From Armatimonadota bacterium (GTDB taxonomy: Bacteria; Armatimonadota; Zipacnadia; Zipacnadales; UBA5352), in assembly GCA_034722055.1 (NCBI GenBank), contig JAYENL010000278.1:1-54791 (forward strand): a stretch of DNA of 54,791 nt, written 5' to 3'. This document shows positions 9,804 through 19,291 of the stretch, one piece after another (the stretch's first letter is position 1; the number at the start of each line of letters is the position of its first letter). The notes below the pieces were generated by a model, which saw nothing but the letters and a program-made list of their open reading frames with translations, was not told the origin of the DNA and ran no database searches. The position numbers were made by a program, and so were the translations under genes.

Positions 9804-10916
9804 ATGACTCGCAAGCAGGCCTTCCTGACCGCGCTGCGCCTGGAGACGCCGGACGTCGTGCCGGTGTCCCCGCTCATCCACCACCGCTACGCCCACGCCC
9901 TGCTGGGCCGCCAGGACTGGCGAGCGGTCTTCGAGGTCCATCAGCGCCTGGGCTCCACGCACTTCCGGGGACCCATCGGCGTCGGCGCCCACGCCACGGA
10001 CGAGAGCGCCTGGACCACCCAGGTGCGAGTGCTGGAGGAGGAGGGCACGCGGCGCGTGACCGAGGAGGTCATCTCCGGGCCGGAGGGAAGCCTGCGCGCC
10101 GTCGATGTGCGGGGCATGATCCCGCACGATCCCATCACCCACAAGCGCACCGAGTATCCGGTGAAGACGCCCGAGGACTGGCAGGTCTTCATCGCCATGC
10201 AGCGGGACTTCCTCGAGCGCGACCCCGAGCCCGCGTGGGGCGTCGCCGCCGAGGCGCACGAGGCTATGGGCGAGGACGGCGTGCCCAGCGTCTCCATCCC
10301 TTCGGTCTACGGGATGCTCGGCAACGCCCGCGGCATGGAGGATTTGCTCTACGACCTCTACGACATTCCGGAGGTCATCCACGAGGTCCAGTCGCTGCTG
10401 GTCCAGCGCACTGCCCTCGGCGTCCAGGCCTTCCTGGACTCGCCCTGCGAGGTGGGGTGGTACGACATCTGCTGGGCGACCGGCTCGCAGATGAGCCCCG
10501 CCATGTTCGAGGAGTGGGTGATCCCGGACGTGGCGATGGTCTGCGAGCTGGTCCGCGAGGTGCCCGGCAAGTTCGTGGGGCTGTATACTCTCGGGCGCAT
10601 CCGGGAGCTGCTGCCCATGATGGTGGACGCAGGTGCGCACTTCATCGAGACCTTCGAGCCCAATGAGGGGGACATCACACTGCGGGAGGCGAAGCAGCTC
10701 TACGGGGGGGACACCTGCATCATGGGCAACTTCGATTGTGTGCCGCTGGCCATGGGCACGCCGGAGGAGTGCCGCAGGGAGGCACTGCGCTGCCTGGACG
10801 AGGCCATGGGGGGCGGCGGATACATCATGGTCTCCGGCGACGAGGTTCCCGCGGACGCGAAGTGGGAGAATCTGGTGGCCTGGGTGGAGACCGTCCGCGA
10901 GCACGGCCGCTATTAG
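9804..10916 (+). CDS. Uroporphyrinogen decarboxylase / MtaA-CmuA-like TIM barrel protein
   Basis: MTRKQAF..AL....PDVVPV start, RGMED, MSPAMFEEWV, GNFD, GTPEE, GGGYIM motifs. Confidence 0.85.
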   Translation: MTRKQAFLTALRLETPDVVPVSPLIHHRYAHALLGRQDWRAVFEVHQRLGSTHFRGPIGVGAHATDESAWTTQVRVLEEEGTRRVTEEVISGPEGSLRAVDVRGMIPHDPITHKRTEYPVKTPEDWQVFIAMQRDFLERDPEPAWGVAAEAHEAMGEDGVPSVSIPSVYGMLGNARGMEDLLYDLYDIPEVIHEVQSLLVQRTALGVQAFLDSPCEVGWYDICWATGSQMSPAMFEEWVIPDVAMVCELVREVPGKFVGLYTLGRIRELLPMMVDAGAHFIETFEPNEGDITLREAKQLYGGDTCIMGNFDCVPLAMGTPEECRREALRCLDEAMGGGGYIMVSGDEVPADAKWENLVAWVETVREHGRY

Positions 10917-10975
10917 CGGGAGTCGCGCAAGTTCGCCTACCATCCTGGCTCACAGCAAAACAGTTGTTCCTGCCA

Positions 10976-11146
10976 TGGAGGGGCCGCCGCGAGCGAAGCG
11001 AGCGGTGTGAGGTCGCAAGCAATGCGCGACCTCACAGGTTCCACCCCGGCCCATGTCAGGAAAGGTCTTGGGCCGGGGTGGAACCCTCGGCCCGTTCGCT
11101 GCGCTCACGGGCCTCACCGGGCGCTGCGCGCCCGGCGGCCCCTCCA
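10976..11146. repeat. About 170-nt imperfect palindrome (REPIN/MITE-like)
   Basis: Outer 14-bp IR TGGAGGGGCCGCCG (10976-10989 / 11133-11146); inner perfect 17-bp IR GGTTCCACCCCGGCCCA (11037-11053 / 11069-11085). Confidence 0.8.
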
Positions 11147-11356
11147 CCGAGCACGCCGCGCATCTTCAAAACAACCGAGCCGCCGAGCGCCTTCCTCGTC
11201 AGCAAACGCGGAGTTGGGCAAGTGACCACTAGCGCCAGTCGCCTCGTGCCACTCCGGGGTCCGGACGCGAGGATCGCGCAGGCGGATTCCGCTCAGCCTG
11301 CGCCGCAGAGACATATTCTTCGATCGTCACACGCAGCAGGCGCGGGGGTGAGGCAG

Positions 11357-12769
11357 ATGGGCCGGTGCCAGTCACGGCGAGAGTTTCTGAGCACCGCGCT
11401 ACGAGGCGCGGCCGGAGCGGCGCTGGGCTGGTCGGCGCTGGAGGCCATCGCGCCGCGACGGGCGGGGTGCGACGTGGAACGACCGAACGTGCTGTTCATT
11501 GCCATCGACGACCTCAACGACTGGGTGGGGCACCTGGGCGGGCATCCGCAGGCCCGCACGCCCAACATCGACGCGCTGGCGGACCGGGGCGTGACCTTCA
11601 CCCACGCCTACTGTTCGGCGCCGGCCTGCAACCCCTCGCGCGCCAGCCTGCTGACCGGCGTGCGGCCCTCCACCTCGGGCGTCTACGACAACCGGCAGCC
11701 CCTCCGGAAGGCGATGCCGGACGCCGTGACCCTCCCGCAGCTCTTCCGGCAGAGCGGCTATCGGGTGATCGGTCGGGGGAAGATCTTCCACGGGCGCTAC
11801 CCGGACCCGCAGTCGTGGGATGAGTACATCCCCAAGGGCAGAGAGCCACGGCCCGAGACCCCGCCGCTGAACGGCATCCCGGAGACCGGCAACTTCGACT
11901 GGGGTCCGCTGGACGTGTCTGAGGACGAGATGGATGACGCGAAGGTGGCCGCGTGGTGTGTCGAGCAGCTCCGCGGCGGCCTGCAGGAGCCGTTCTTCCT
12001 GGGATGTGGCATCTTCCGCCCACATCTGCGGTGGTACGCGCCGCGGAAGTACTTCGAGATGTTCCCCGAAGATGAGATCATTCTTCCGAACGTCAATGAG
12101 GACGACCTGGACGACGTGCCGGAGACGGGGCGGCGGTTCGCGCGCACGCACGACCATGAGGCGGTGACCAGCACCGACAACTGGCGGCGCGCGGTGCAGG
12201 GCTATCTGGCCTGCGGCACATTCTGCGACGCGCAGGTGGGGAAGGTCCTCGACGCCCTCTACGCCAGCCCCTACGCCGAGGACACCATCGTGGTTCTGTG
12301 GGGCGATCACGGCTGGCACCTGGGTCAGAAGCTGCACTGGCGGAAGTTCGCGCTGTGGGAGGAGGCGACGCACGCCCCGCTGGTCTTCGCCGGGCCGGAA
12401 ATAGCGGCTGGCGGCGTCTCGCCGCGCACGGTGAGCTTCCTCGACGTTTACCCCACGCTGGTGGACCTGTGCGGGGTGCAGCCCCCGCCGGGTCAGCTCG
12501 AGGGCCGCAGCCTGCGGACGCTGCTGGAGGACCCGAAGGCAGCGTGGGGCACGCCGGCGATCACCACTCACAGGCGCAACAATCACTCGGTGCGCACGGA
12601 GAGCTGGCGGTACATCCGCTACGCCGACGGTGGCGAGGAGCTGTACGACGAGGTGGATGACCCGCTGGAGTGGACGAACCTCGCCGATGAGCCGCGCCTT
12701 GCCGAGGTCAAGCGGAACCTGGGGCAGTGGCTCCCGGAGGTCAACGCCCCGGACGCGCCACACGAGTAG
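11357..12769 (+). CDS. Tat-exported Cys-type sulfatase (choline/iduronate sulfatase-like)
   Basis: SRREFL twin-arginine signal, PNVLFIAIDDL, CNPSRASLLTG (CxPxR), GKIFH, RPH, GDHG, W.K motifs. Confidence 0.93.
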   Translation: MGRCQSRREFLSTALRGAAGAALGWSALEAIAPRRAGCDVERPNVLFIAIDDLNDWVGHLGGHPQARTPNIDALADRGVTFTHAYCSAPACNPSRASLLTGVRPSTSGVYDNRQPLRKAMPDAVTLPQLFRQSGYRVIGRGKIFHGRYPDPQSWDEYIPKGREPRPETPPLNGIPETGNFDWGPLDVSEDEMDDAKVAAWCVEQLRGGLQEPFFLGCGIFRPHLRWYAPRKYFEMFPEDEIILPNVNEDDLDDVPETGRRFARTHDHEAVTSTDNWRRAVQGYLACGTFCDAQVGKVLDALYASPYAEDTIVVLWGDHGWHLGQKLHWRKFALWEEATHAPLVFAGPEIAAGGVSPRTVSFLDVYPTLVDLCGVQPPPGQLEGRSLRTLLEDPKAAWGTPAITTHRRNNHSVRTESWRYIRYADGGEELYDEVDDPLEWTNLADEPRLAEVKRNLGQWLPEVNAPDAPHE

Positions 12770-12785
12770 GCGAGCGCAATGATCC

Positions 12786-14105
12786 TCAGCGGTTGAGCCT
12801 CGCCAGCAGCTCCCGGGCGCCCTCCAGGATGATCTCCTCGGACTCGGGGGCGATGCCCAGGCCGCCGTAGTAGTCCCAGGACGTATCCACCTCGTAGCCG
12901 CCCTTCGGGAACGCGTCGGCGGTGGGGACGTAGCCGATCATCCCGTTGGTGTAGGCCGGGACGATCGTGGGGCTGAAGGGCGACAGCTCCGCGATGTTGA
13001 GAGCGTAGCGCACGAAGACCTCGCCGGGCAGGCCCACGATCGCGGCCGGCCCGATGCGCACGGCGGTGACATCGAAGCGCTTGGTGCCGGTGGCGCCCTC
13101 CCGGGCCGCCTCCAGCATCGTCTCGCGGCGCCTGATCCGCCACTTCAGCACGCGATCCTGCACCGTGTCTTTGGCCTCTCGAGCCTCCTGGTATTGCGGC
13201 CGAAGCTCGGCCAGTTCGGCCTCCAACTGCTCGGCTGGCGGCGGCTCACGCAACGGCAGCTCCAGGCGCCGGGAGGCGGCTGCAAGCGTGGCGCTTGGAA
13301 CAGGTGGCGCCTCCTCCAGAGCCATGATGACCGCGCCGGCGAGCTTCAGGCCGCGGCTGCGGACCTCCTCGAAGGTTCCCGGCCGGCCCCGCTCGGCGTT
13401 GATGTCGCCGCAGCAACCCTGCGCGAACATGGCCTGAGCGCCGGGATAGACCGCCTCCACGGCGCGCTGGGCCGGGCCGGGATAGTCTGCTGAGATAAGG
13501 TAGTTGTCGCCACCGAGCACCACCGCGTGGGCGGCGTGGGAGAACCAGGTGGCCACCAGCTCTTGCGCCTCATCCCGCAACGCCATGACATCGACGAAGG
13601 GCGCCAGCGGGCCGCGGGGATCGATGCCCAGCCGGATGCCCTCAGCAGTCATTTCGCGCCGGTTGTACCCCACGCGAACGTCGGCGCGGCCAAAGCCGAC
13701 CGTGACCGGCTGCGGGTTCTGTACCGCGATGCTCGCGATGGAGAGGAGCTTGTCGGCGAGCACCGCGACGTACTGCTCGTCCACCAGGTCGAAGCCCGAC
13801 ACTCCGGGGGTCAGCGGGCCGGAGTGAGTGTGGGAGTTGCTGACGAGGACGTGCGAAGGCGGGACGCCGGTAGCCTGCTGGATGCGCTCCATCAGGGGAT
13901 CGATGAAGCCGTAATCGAAGCTGATGATGTCGCAGGTGATCAGCAGCACTGTCGCGTGGTCATCAGTGAGTGCGAGGGCCTTGGCCATGAGCGGATCGTG
14001 CACGCCCTCGGCACCGTGGTCGCGGGAGGCGTAGCCGCCCATGCTGGTCCCAAGCGGCGGTGTGACGTCGATCGCGGCGGTTCCGGCCTGCAGGTGCGCG
14101 GGCAT
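12786..14105 (-). CDS. Neutral/alkaline ceramidase N-terminal domain family hydrolase
   Basis: DVTPP..MGGY, GVHDPL.AKAL, SHTHSGP, SADYPG, QGCCGDIN, PGEVF, GYVPT, GGYE motifs. Confidence 0.85.
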   Translation of the reverse strand: MPAHLQAGTAAIDVTPPLGTSMGGYASRDHGAEGVHDPLMAKALALTDDHATVLLITCDIISFDYGFIDPLMERIQQATGVPPSHVLVSNSHTHSGPLTPGVSGFDLVDEQYVAVLADKLLSIASIAVQNPQPVTVGFGRADVRVGYNRREMTAEGIRLGIDPRGPLAPFVDVMALRDEAQELVATWFSHAAHAVVLGGDNYLISADYPGPAQRAVEAVYPGAQAMFAQGCCGDINAERGRPGTFEEVRSRGLKLAGAVIMALEEAPPVPSATLAAASRRLELPLREPPPAEQLEAELAELRPQYQEAREAKDTVQDRVLKWRIRRRETMLEAAREGATGTKRFDVTAVRIGPAAIVGLPGEVFVRYALNIAELSPFSPTIVPAYTNGMIGYVPTADAFPKGGYEVDTSWDYYGGLGIAPESEEIILEGARELLARLNR

Positions 14106-14156
14106 GTCATGAGACCTCCGTGAGGATGAGATGATCCTCCTGAGGGTGGCGCGGGG

Positions 14157-15284
14157 TCAGGCACCGGCGTCGGCGACGATGATATCCAGGATCTCCGCCA
14201 GCCATCGGGCGCTGTCGGCCATCAGCTCGGCATCGACCCATTCGTTGACGGTATGCACCTCGGCGGGCCCGGTGGCCAGAATCAGTGAGGGGATGCCGTT
14301 CTCGTTGAAGACGTTCGCGTCGCTGCCGCCGCCGCCGCGCTCCATCTGAGGCTCGAAGCCGAGGCCCTCCGCGGCGCGGTGCGCGTACTGATAGATGGCC
14401 TGGTCCTCGCCGATCTCGAAGCTGCGGTAGGTGAGCGCGGCATCGGCCTCGACCTTCGCCTCGTGGCGCTGGGCGGCCTCCTCGAAGGCCGCCAGCATTC
14501 GGTCCTTCTGCGCCTCCAGCTTGGCGTCGTCATGGCTGCGGGCCTCGCCGTCCACCGTGGTCAGCTCGGGGACGATGTTGGTGGCCTCGCCGCCACGGAT
14601 GACGCCGATGTTGGCGGTGGTCTCGAAGTCCAGCCGCCCCAGCGGTATCTCGGCGATGGCCTCGGCGGCCACCTGGATGGAGTTGACCCCGCGTTCGGGA
14701 CAGACGCCGGCGTGTGCCGCCACCCCTTGGACGCGCCAGCCCAGCTTATAGGACGAGGGCGCAGCGGCGGTGATGACGCCCATGGTTCGCCCGCCGTCCA
14801 GGACGTACCCCATGTCAGCCTCGAGGTCGGTGTAGTCGAGGGCCTTGGCGCCGCAGAGGCCGACCTCCTCCCCCACCGTGAAGACGATCTCCAGCGGAGG
14901 GTGCGGCAGATCCTCCTCCCGCAGGTGCGCCAGGAGCGTGAGGATGATGGTCACGCCGGCCTTGTCATCAGCGCCCAGGATGGTGCTGCCATCTGAGGAG
15001 ATCACGGTCCCGTCCACCTGCGGGTTGATGCCACGGCCCGGCTCGACGGTGTCGGTGTGGGCGTTGAGCATGACGGTGGGCGCGCCCTCACGACCCGGCA
15101 TGCGGGCGATGATGTTCCCGGCCTCGCCCCCGATAGGATCGCCGGCGTCATCCATCTCCGAGTCGATGCCCAGAGCAGCCAGCCGGTCGCGGATCAGCGC
15201 ATTGACCTCCGCCTCATGCAGTGAAGGGCTGTCCACGCGCACAAGCTCGCAGAACTCTTCGACCATGGTCTGCACATCAATCAT
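14157..15284 (-). CDS. M20 family peptidase T-like metallopeptidase
   Basis: AHTDTV, LGADDKAG, GEEVGL.G, AHAG..PE.G, TTANIG, GGGSDAN, HT..E motifs. Confidence 0.9.
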   Translation of the reverse strand: MIDVQTMVEEFCELVRVDSPSLHEAEVNALIRDRLAALGIDSEMDDAGDPIGGEAGNIIARMPGREGAPTVMLNAHTDTVEPGRGINPQVDGTVISSDGSTILGADDKAGVTIILTLLAHLREEDLPHPPLEIVFTVGEEVGLCGAKALDYTDLEADMGYVLDGGRTMGVITAAAPSSYKLGWRVQGVAAHAGVCPERGVNSIQVAAEAIAEIPLGRLDFETTANIGVIRGGEATNIVPELTTVDGEARSHDDAKLEAQKDRMLAAFEEAAQRHEAKVEADAALTYRSFEIGEDQAIYQYAHRAAEGLGFEPQMERGGGGSDANVFNENGIPSLILATGPAEVHTVNEWVDAELMADSARWLAEILDIIVADAGA

Positions 15285-15359
15285 GATACGACTCCCCGGC
15301 GTATCAGCTTCGAAGACGTGCCGGTGGTTCGGCCCGATGGGTGGATACTCCTCCCTGCA

Positions 15360-16310
15360 TCACAGCATGGCGGGCTGGTCGGGAGCTGGGGGAGTGTATG
15401 TGCGGAGGAGATGCTCGATGAGGTCCGCCGCGTCCGGGCCCAGGATGGGCTCGGCGCCCTCGGCGATGAGCGCCCGCGTGCCCTCGGCCTGGCGCTTGTC
15501 GGCCTGCCAGTCGCAGGCGAAGACGAGCCGCCCCTGCTTCCAGGCATCGCGGGCAGTCTTGAGCGTGCCTCCGCGGGAGGTGGACTCGATGGCGAGCACG
15601 CCGCGGGCCAGGGCGCTGGTCAGGCGGTTCCGGGCCATCAGACGCGCCCCGGTGGGGTTGTCTCCGGGTGCCACCTCGGAGATGACCGCTCCCTGCTTGG
15701 CGATGCGCGCCGCCAGGCGGATGTTGCGCTTGGGATGGATGTGCCGGATGCCGGAGCCGAGCACTGCCACGGTGCGGCCGTCGGCGTCGAGCGCCCCGCG
15801 ATGGGCCATCGTGTCGGTGCCGCGGGCGAGGCCGGAGACGATGGTGATGCCGCGCGCGGCACAGGCTCTCGCCACCTCGCGGGCGACCTTCCGGCCCTCC
15901 GGGGTAGGCTCGCGAGTACCGACGATGGCCAGCGCCAGCCTGTCCCCGTCGGTCAGCTCCCCGGAGACGCAGATGACCGGCGGCGGGTTCTCCGCCTCGC
16001 GGAGCCTCTGCGGGTAGCGCTCCTCGAAGGCACAGATCACCGCGATGCCATCAGCCTGCAGGTCCGCCAGCTCGCCCTCGATTGCCTCCAGGCGAGCGGG
16101 CACCTGCTCGCGGATGGCCGCGATCTGCCCCTCGTCCAGCTTGAGGGTGGGCGCGGCCAGCTCTTTGGGCGGGGCCTCGATCACGGCCTGAGCGGAGCCG
16201 AATCGAGACAGCAGGCGCAGGAAGCCGGCCGGCCCGATGCATCCGGCCCAGTACAGCGCGGCCCAGGCCCGACGGTCCTGGGAATCAGGTTGCGGCGCGG
16301 TGACTCTCAT
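15360..16310 (-). CDS. dprA: DNA-processing protein DprA
   Basis: YPQRL....PP, AIVGTR.PT, IVSGLARG.D..AH, VLGSG, RNRL.SAL motifs; no obvious C-terminal winged-helix extension. Confidence 0.92.
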   Translation of the reverse strand: MRVTAPQPDSQDRRAWAALYWAGCIGPAGFLRLLSRFGSAQAVIEAPPKELAAPTLKLDEGQIAAIREQVPARLEAIEGELADLQADGIAVICAFEERYPQRLREAENPPPVICVSGELTDGDRLALAIVGTREPTPEGRKVAREVARACAARGITIVSGLARGTDTMAHRGALDADGRTVAVLGSGIRHIHPKRNIRLAARIAKQGAVISEVAPGDNPTGARLMARNRLTSALARGVLAIESTSRGGTLKTARDAWKQGRLVFACDWQADKRQAEGTRALIAEGAEPILGPDAADLIEHLLRTYTPPAPDQPAML

Positions 16311-16314
16311 GACG

Positions 16315-18354
16315 TCACATATCCCTGCGCCAGCCGAGAGTGGTGCGGACGGCGGTGAGCAGGCTCACATCCGCCGCCCCGGCCCGGCGGAGGACCCTGC
16401 CAGCCTCCTCAAGCGTGGCGCCGGAGTCGAAGATATCATCGACGAGCAGAACCGCGCGCCCCTCGATCTCTCCACTGCCGACGCACTGGAAGGCCCCGGC
16501 GACGTTGGCTCTTTTCCCCTCCCCCGACGTAAGACCCTTCTGGGGCGGACGGTCGCGCGTGGATCGCAAGGCGTGAGCGACAGGCCGATCGATCAGCGGC
16601 CCGAGCGCCTCCGCCAACAGCGTCGCCGGGGAGCGCTCGGCCTCCGGGTCTGTCGGCGGGATGGGCACGATGACCTGGGCCGCCCGCAGCTCCGGGCGGT
16701 CCCGCACGCGCCGGGCCATCAGCCACGCCAGCCGCTCCGCGAAGCGTTCGACGCCCGCGTACTTCAGATCGTGCATCAGCCGTCCTGGTCCCTCCTTGGG
16801 CTCGTCGTCACCGGGCAGCCGGTAGAGGTCCAGAGCCCAGCCCTGGAAGTCGCCGGCGCGGATGGGATAGGCGACGCGGGGCGCCGGGATAAGGGCGCTC
16901 GTTGAGGGCCGGCAGCGATCGCAGCAGTCCTCCACGTCCCTGGCCGGCTGGTAGCCCAGCGAGTCGGCGAGTGCGGCCCGCCTGCAGCCACGGGCGCGAG
17001 CGTACTCCACGACCTCGTCCACCTGCTGCATGCGCGCTCGGCGCAGGGCGTCGGCCTCACATGCGAAGGCGTGCAGGGCGGACGCGTCCGGCGGGCCCAC
17101 GGCCTCTGCGACCAGCCAGTCATCGCCCCCGGCCGCGATCCGGATCGCGTCCATCTCGGCCAGCGCCTCCACGCCCAGGTGAACCTCGTCGGGATGCAGG
17201 CCCGTCAGGCGGCTAAGGGTGGCGGAGGTCAGCCGGTCGCCGTGCGGCTCCGCGATGGCCCGGTGGATCGCCAGAAGGTGGCCGGGCTCCGGGGCGCAGC
17301 GCCACGCCCTGCGTTGCGCCGGAGCGATATCTGCCGGATCGTAGAGGAGCACAGACCGGGCCGGCCTGCCATCGCGGCCGGCGGCCATCGCCTGGCGATG
17401 CAACGCCTGGAGGCTGTCAGGCAGCGCGCAGTGCACAGCCAGGCTGACAGGTGGGTCCCTGTGCTCGGGAACGTAACTGCGCGTGGCGACCAGCACACGC
17501 ACTGAGCCCTCCCGGAAGCGCCGCATGACGCCCGCGAAGTCCTCAGACGCCATGCCGGCGTCGAGCACGCGCGCCGGGAGTCCGTAGTGGTCGTCGATGA
17601 GGGCCGCCAGCCGCTGGCCCTCGGCCCGGAGGGCGACGGCGACGATGGCACGCCCGCCGCACTGCCGCACGAGTGTCCCGAGGTGGCTGTCCATCTGCCG
17701 CCGCGAGGGCGTGCGGCGGACCTCGAGCCGGAGGTTAGGCCGATCCGCCTCCGCCAGCTCAGTGCCCTCAGCCGGGATGTCCAGGGCCTCAGCTATCTCC
17801 GCTCGCGCCGCCTCGGGAGCGACCTCCGCCAGCGCCAGCACGGGTGGCCCTGCGACGTCGCGGCGCAGGCCTGGGAGGTGGCGAAGCGAGGGCTCGTAGC
17901 GGCGGCCGAGGGTCGTGAGCGCGTCCGCCTGCTCGACGACGATCAGCCGCGGACGCAGGGCGCGCGCCGCGATGGCGATACGCGGATCGCCGAGGTGGCG
18001 AGCGGGGACCAGCGCCACGTCATAGTGTCCGGCGGCGAGCTGGTCGCGGAGTCTCGGGAGCACCTCGCCGGGAAGCTCGGCGTCAAGCCGACAGGCCACG
18101 AGGCCGGGCTCCCTGCCCAATGCCTCCACGCGGCGGTCAAGGCCACGGGCGGAGCGCGCTATCACCAGGACGGGACGGCGCCCGGCCGCAGCAGCCACCT
18201 GCCAGCAGAGGCTCCGGCCCGATCCCTCCGGTGCGACGAGGAGCGTGGACCGGCTATCCAGCACGCGGGCCGCGATACGGCGCTGCCAGTCGCTGAACGC
18301 TCGCCGGGGAAAGCGCCGGCTGATGGCCTCGTCGATCGTCATCGGACCGGACAT
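16315..18354 (-). CDS. RecQ-like helicase with degenerate ATPase motifs fused to a ComF-type phosphoribosyltransferase domain
   Basis: RecQ-like frame (APEGSGRSLCWQ, DRPNL, VLVAT, AGRDG, CRR...CCDRC Zn site) plus ComF motifs (LKY.G, VPIPP, QKGL, VLLVDDIFDSGATL); GGGAG before ATG 18354. Confidence 0.85.
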   Translation of the reverse strand: MSGPMTIDEAISRRFPRRAFSDWQRRIAARVLDSRSTLLVAPEGSGRSLCWQVAAAAGRRPVLVIARSARGLDRRVEALGREPGLVACRLDAELPGEVLPRLRDQLAAGHYDVALVPARHLGDPRIAIAARALRPRLIVVEQADALTTLGRRYEPSLRHLPGLRRDVAGPPVLALAEVAPEAARAEIAEALDIPAEGTELAEADRPNLRLEVRRTPSRRQMDSHLGTLVRQCGGRAIVAVALRAEGQRLAALIDDHYGLPARVLDAGMASEDFAGVMRRFREGSVRVLVATRSYVPEHRDPPVSLAVHCALPDSLQALHRQAMAAGRDGRPARSVLLYDPADIAPAQRRAWRCAPEPGHLLAIHRAIAEPHGDRLTSATLSRLTGLHPDEVHLGVEALAEMDAIRIAAGGDDWLVAEAVGPPDASALHAFACEADALRRARMQQVDEVVEYARARGCRRAALADSLGYQPARDVEDCCDRCRPSTSALIPAPRVAYPIRAGDFQGWALDLYRLPGDDEPKEGPGRLMHDLKYAGVERFAERLAWLMARRVRDRPELRAAQVIVPIPPTDPEAERSPATLLAEALGPLIDRPVAHALRSTRDRPPQKGLTSGEGKRANVAGAFQCVGSGEIEGRAVLLVDDIFDSGATLEEAGRVLRRAGAADVSLLTAVRTTLGWRRDM

Positions 18355-18503
18355 GGCTCCCCCTGAGGCGGCGGTGAGCACCGGCCGGGATGCCTGCGTC
18401 GTTGACCTGCGCGACATTCAGATGCGTTGCGTGGTGCGTCAGCACCTCCTGCGTCCGGAAGGTCGGGCCGAATCCGCGGCGAAGGTGAGCTTGAGGTGAG
18501 ACG

Positions 18504-19286
18504 ATGACGCGAGGAGGCGACGACCTGCCTGAGGTCGTGGAGCCGCTCGATCTTCCCGAACGGCCCTTCACCGCCCGTAACATCGCCGACTATCGCGAGT
18601 GCCCCCGCAAGTTCCTGCTGTCATGGTTCGTCCCCCGCGAGGAGACGCGGCGGTTCCTCGGCGGCCCGGCCACGCTGCACCAGGCCGTCCGCGACGCCCT
18701 GGTGGACTGCTACCGGCTGGGCGGTCCGGCGGAGGTGGCGCTTGAGCGACTGGAGCGCATCTTCGAGGAGGGCTGGGACGGCTCGGCCTGCGCCGACAGC
18801 CTCGAGGAGGAGCAGCTTCACGACCGGGGCCTGAGGATGCTGCGCGACTTTCACGAGGCGCACGGGGGGCCGTGGCCGGCGGCAGTGGAGGTTGACCTGC
18901 GCATGGAGATCGAGCTGGGCGACCACCGGTTTGTGGTCGTCGCGGACGCGGTGATGCGGGAGGAGGATGGCGGGATCAACGCCCTCCGGTGGCTGTCCAC
19001 GCGCAGGCCGCCATCGGTCAATGAGATGTATGAGAGCCCCGGGTGGGCGCTGCTGTTCGCCTGCGCTCGGGAGCACTTCCCGGACGAGGACGTATCCGTG
19101 ACCATGTACTCCCTGCGGCGGGGCAGCGGCCATCGGGTTCGCTACCAGGACGAGGAGGTAGAGCCGCTGCTTCGATGGCTGACGCGGGCGGCCGACCGCA
19201 TCCGGGTGGACACCGAGTTCGAGGCGGTGACGGGCAAGCACTGCCGGTGGTGTCGGGCGCGGAGCCGCTGCCCGGCGCTGAAGTGA
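18504..19286 (+). CDS. PD-(D/E)XK RecB/AddB-like nuclease-family protein with degenerate catalytic motif
   Basis: Y..CPRKF N-terminus, G..LH, C-terminal CRWCRARSRC Fe-S-staple cysteines; the expected DYKT position reads RWLS. Confidence 0.8.
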   Translation: MTRGGDDLPEVVEPLDLPERPFTARNIADYRECPRKFLLSWFVPREETRRFLGGPATLHQAVRDALVDCYRLGGPAEVALERLERIFEEGWDGSACADSLEEEQLHDRGLRMLRDFHEAHGGPWPAAVEVDLRMEIELGDHRFVVVADAVMREEDGGINALRWLSTRRPPSVNEMYESPGWALLFACAREHFPDEDVSVTMYSLRRGSGHRVRYQDEEVEPLLRWLTRAADRIRVDTEFEAVTGKHCRWCRARSRCPALK

Positions 19287-19291
19287 TCGCG

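Noticed and set aside
7554..10943. 1129-aa minus-strand ORF
   Set aside because: Only 7554-8378 is a real gene; the rest is the antisense shadow of the aminotransferase and URO-D genes.
18504..19286. Cas4 assignment
   Set aside because: It shares the Fe-S cysteine pattern, but there is no cas1/cas2 or array and the catalytic motif is missing.
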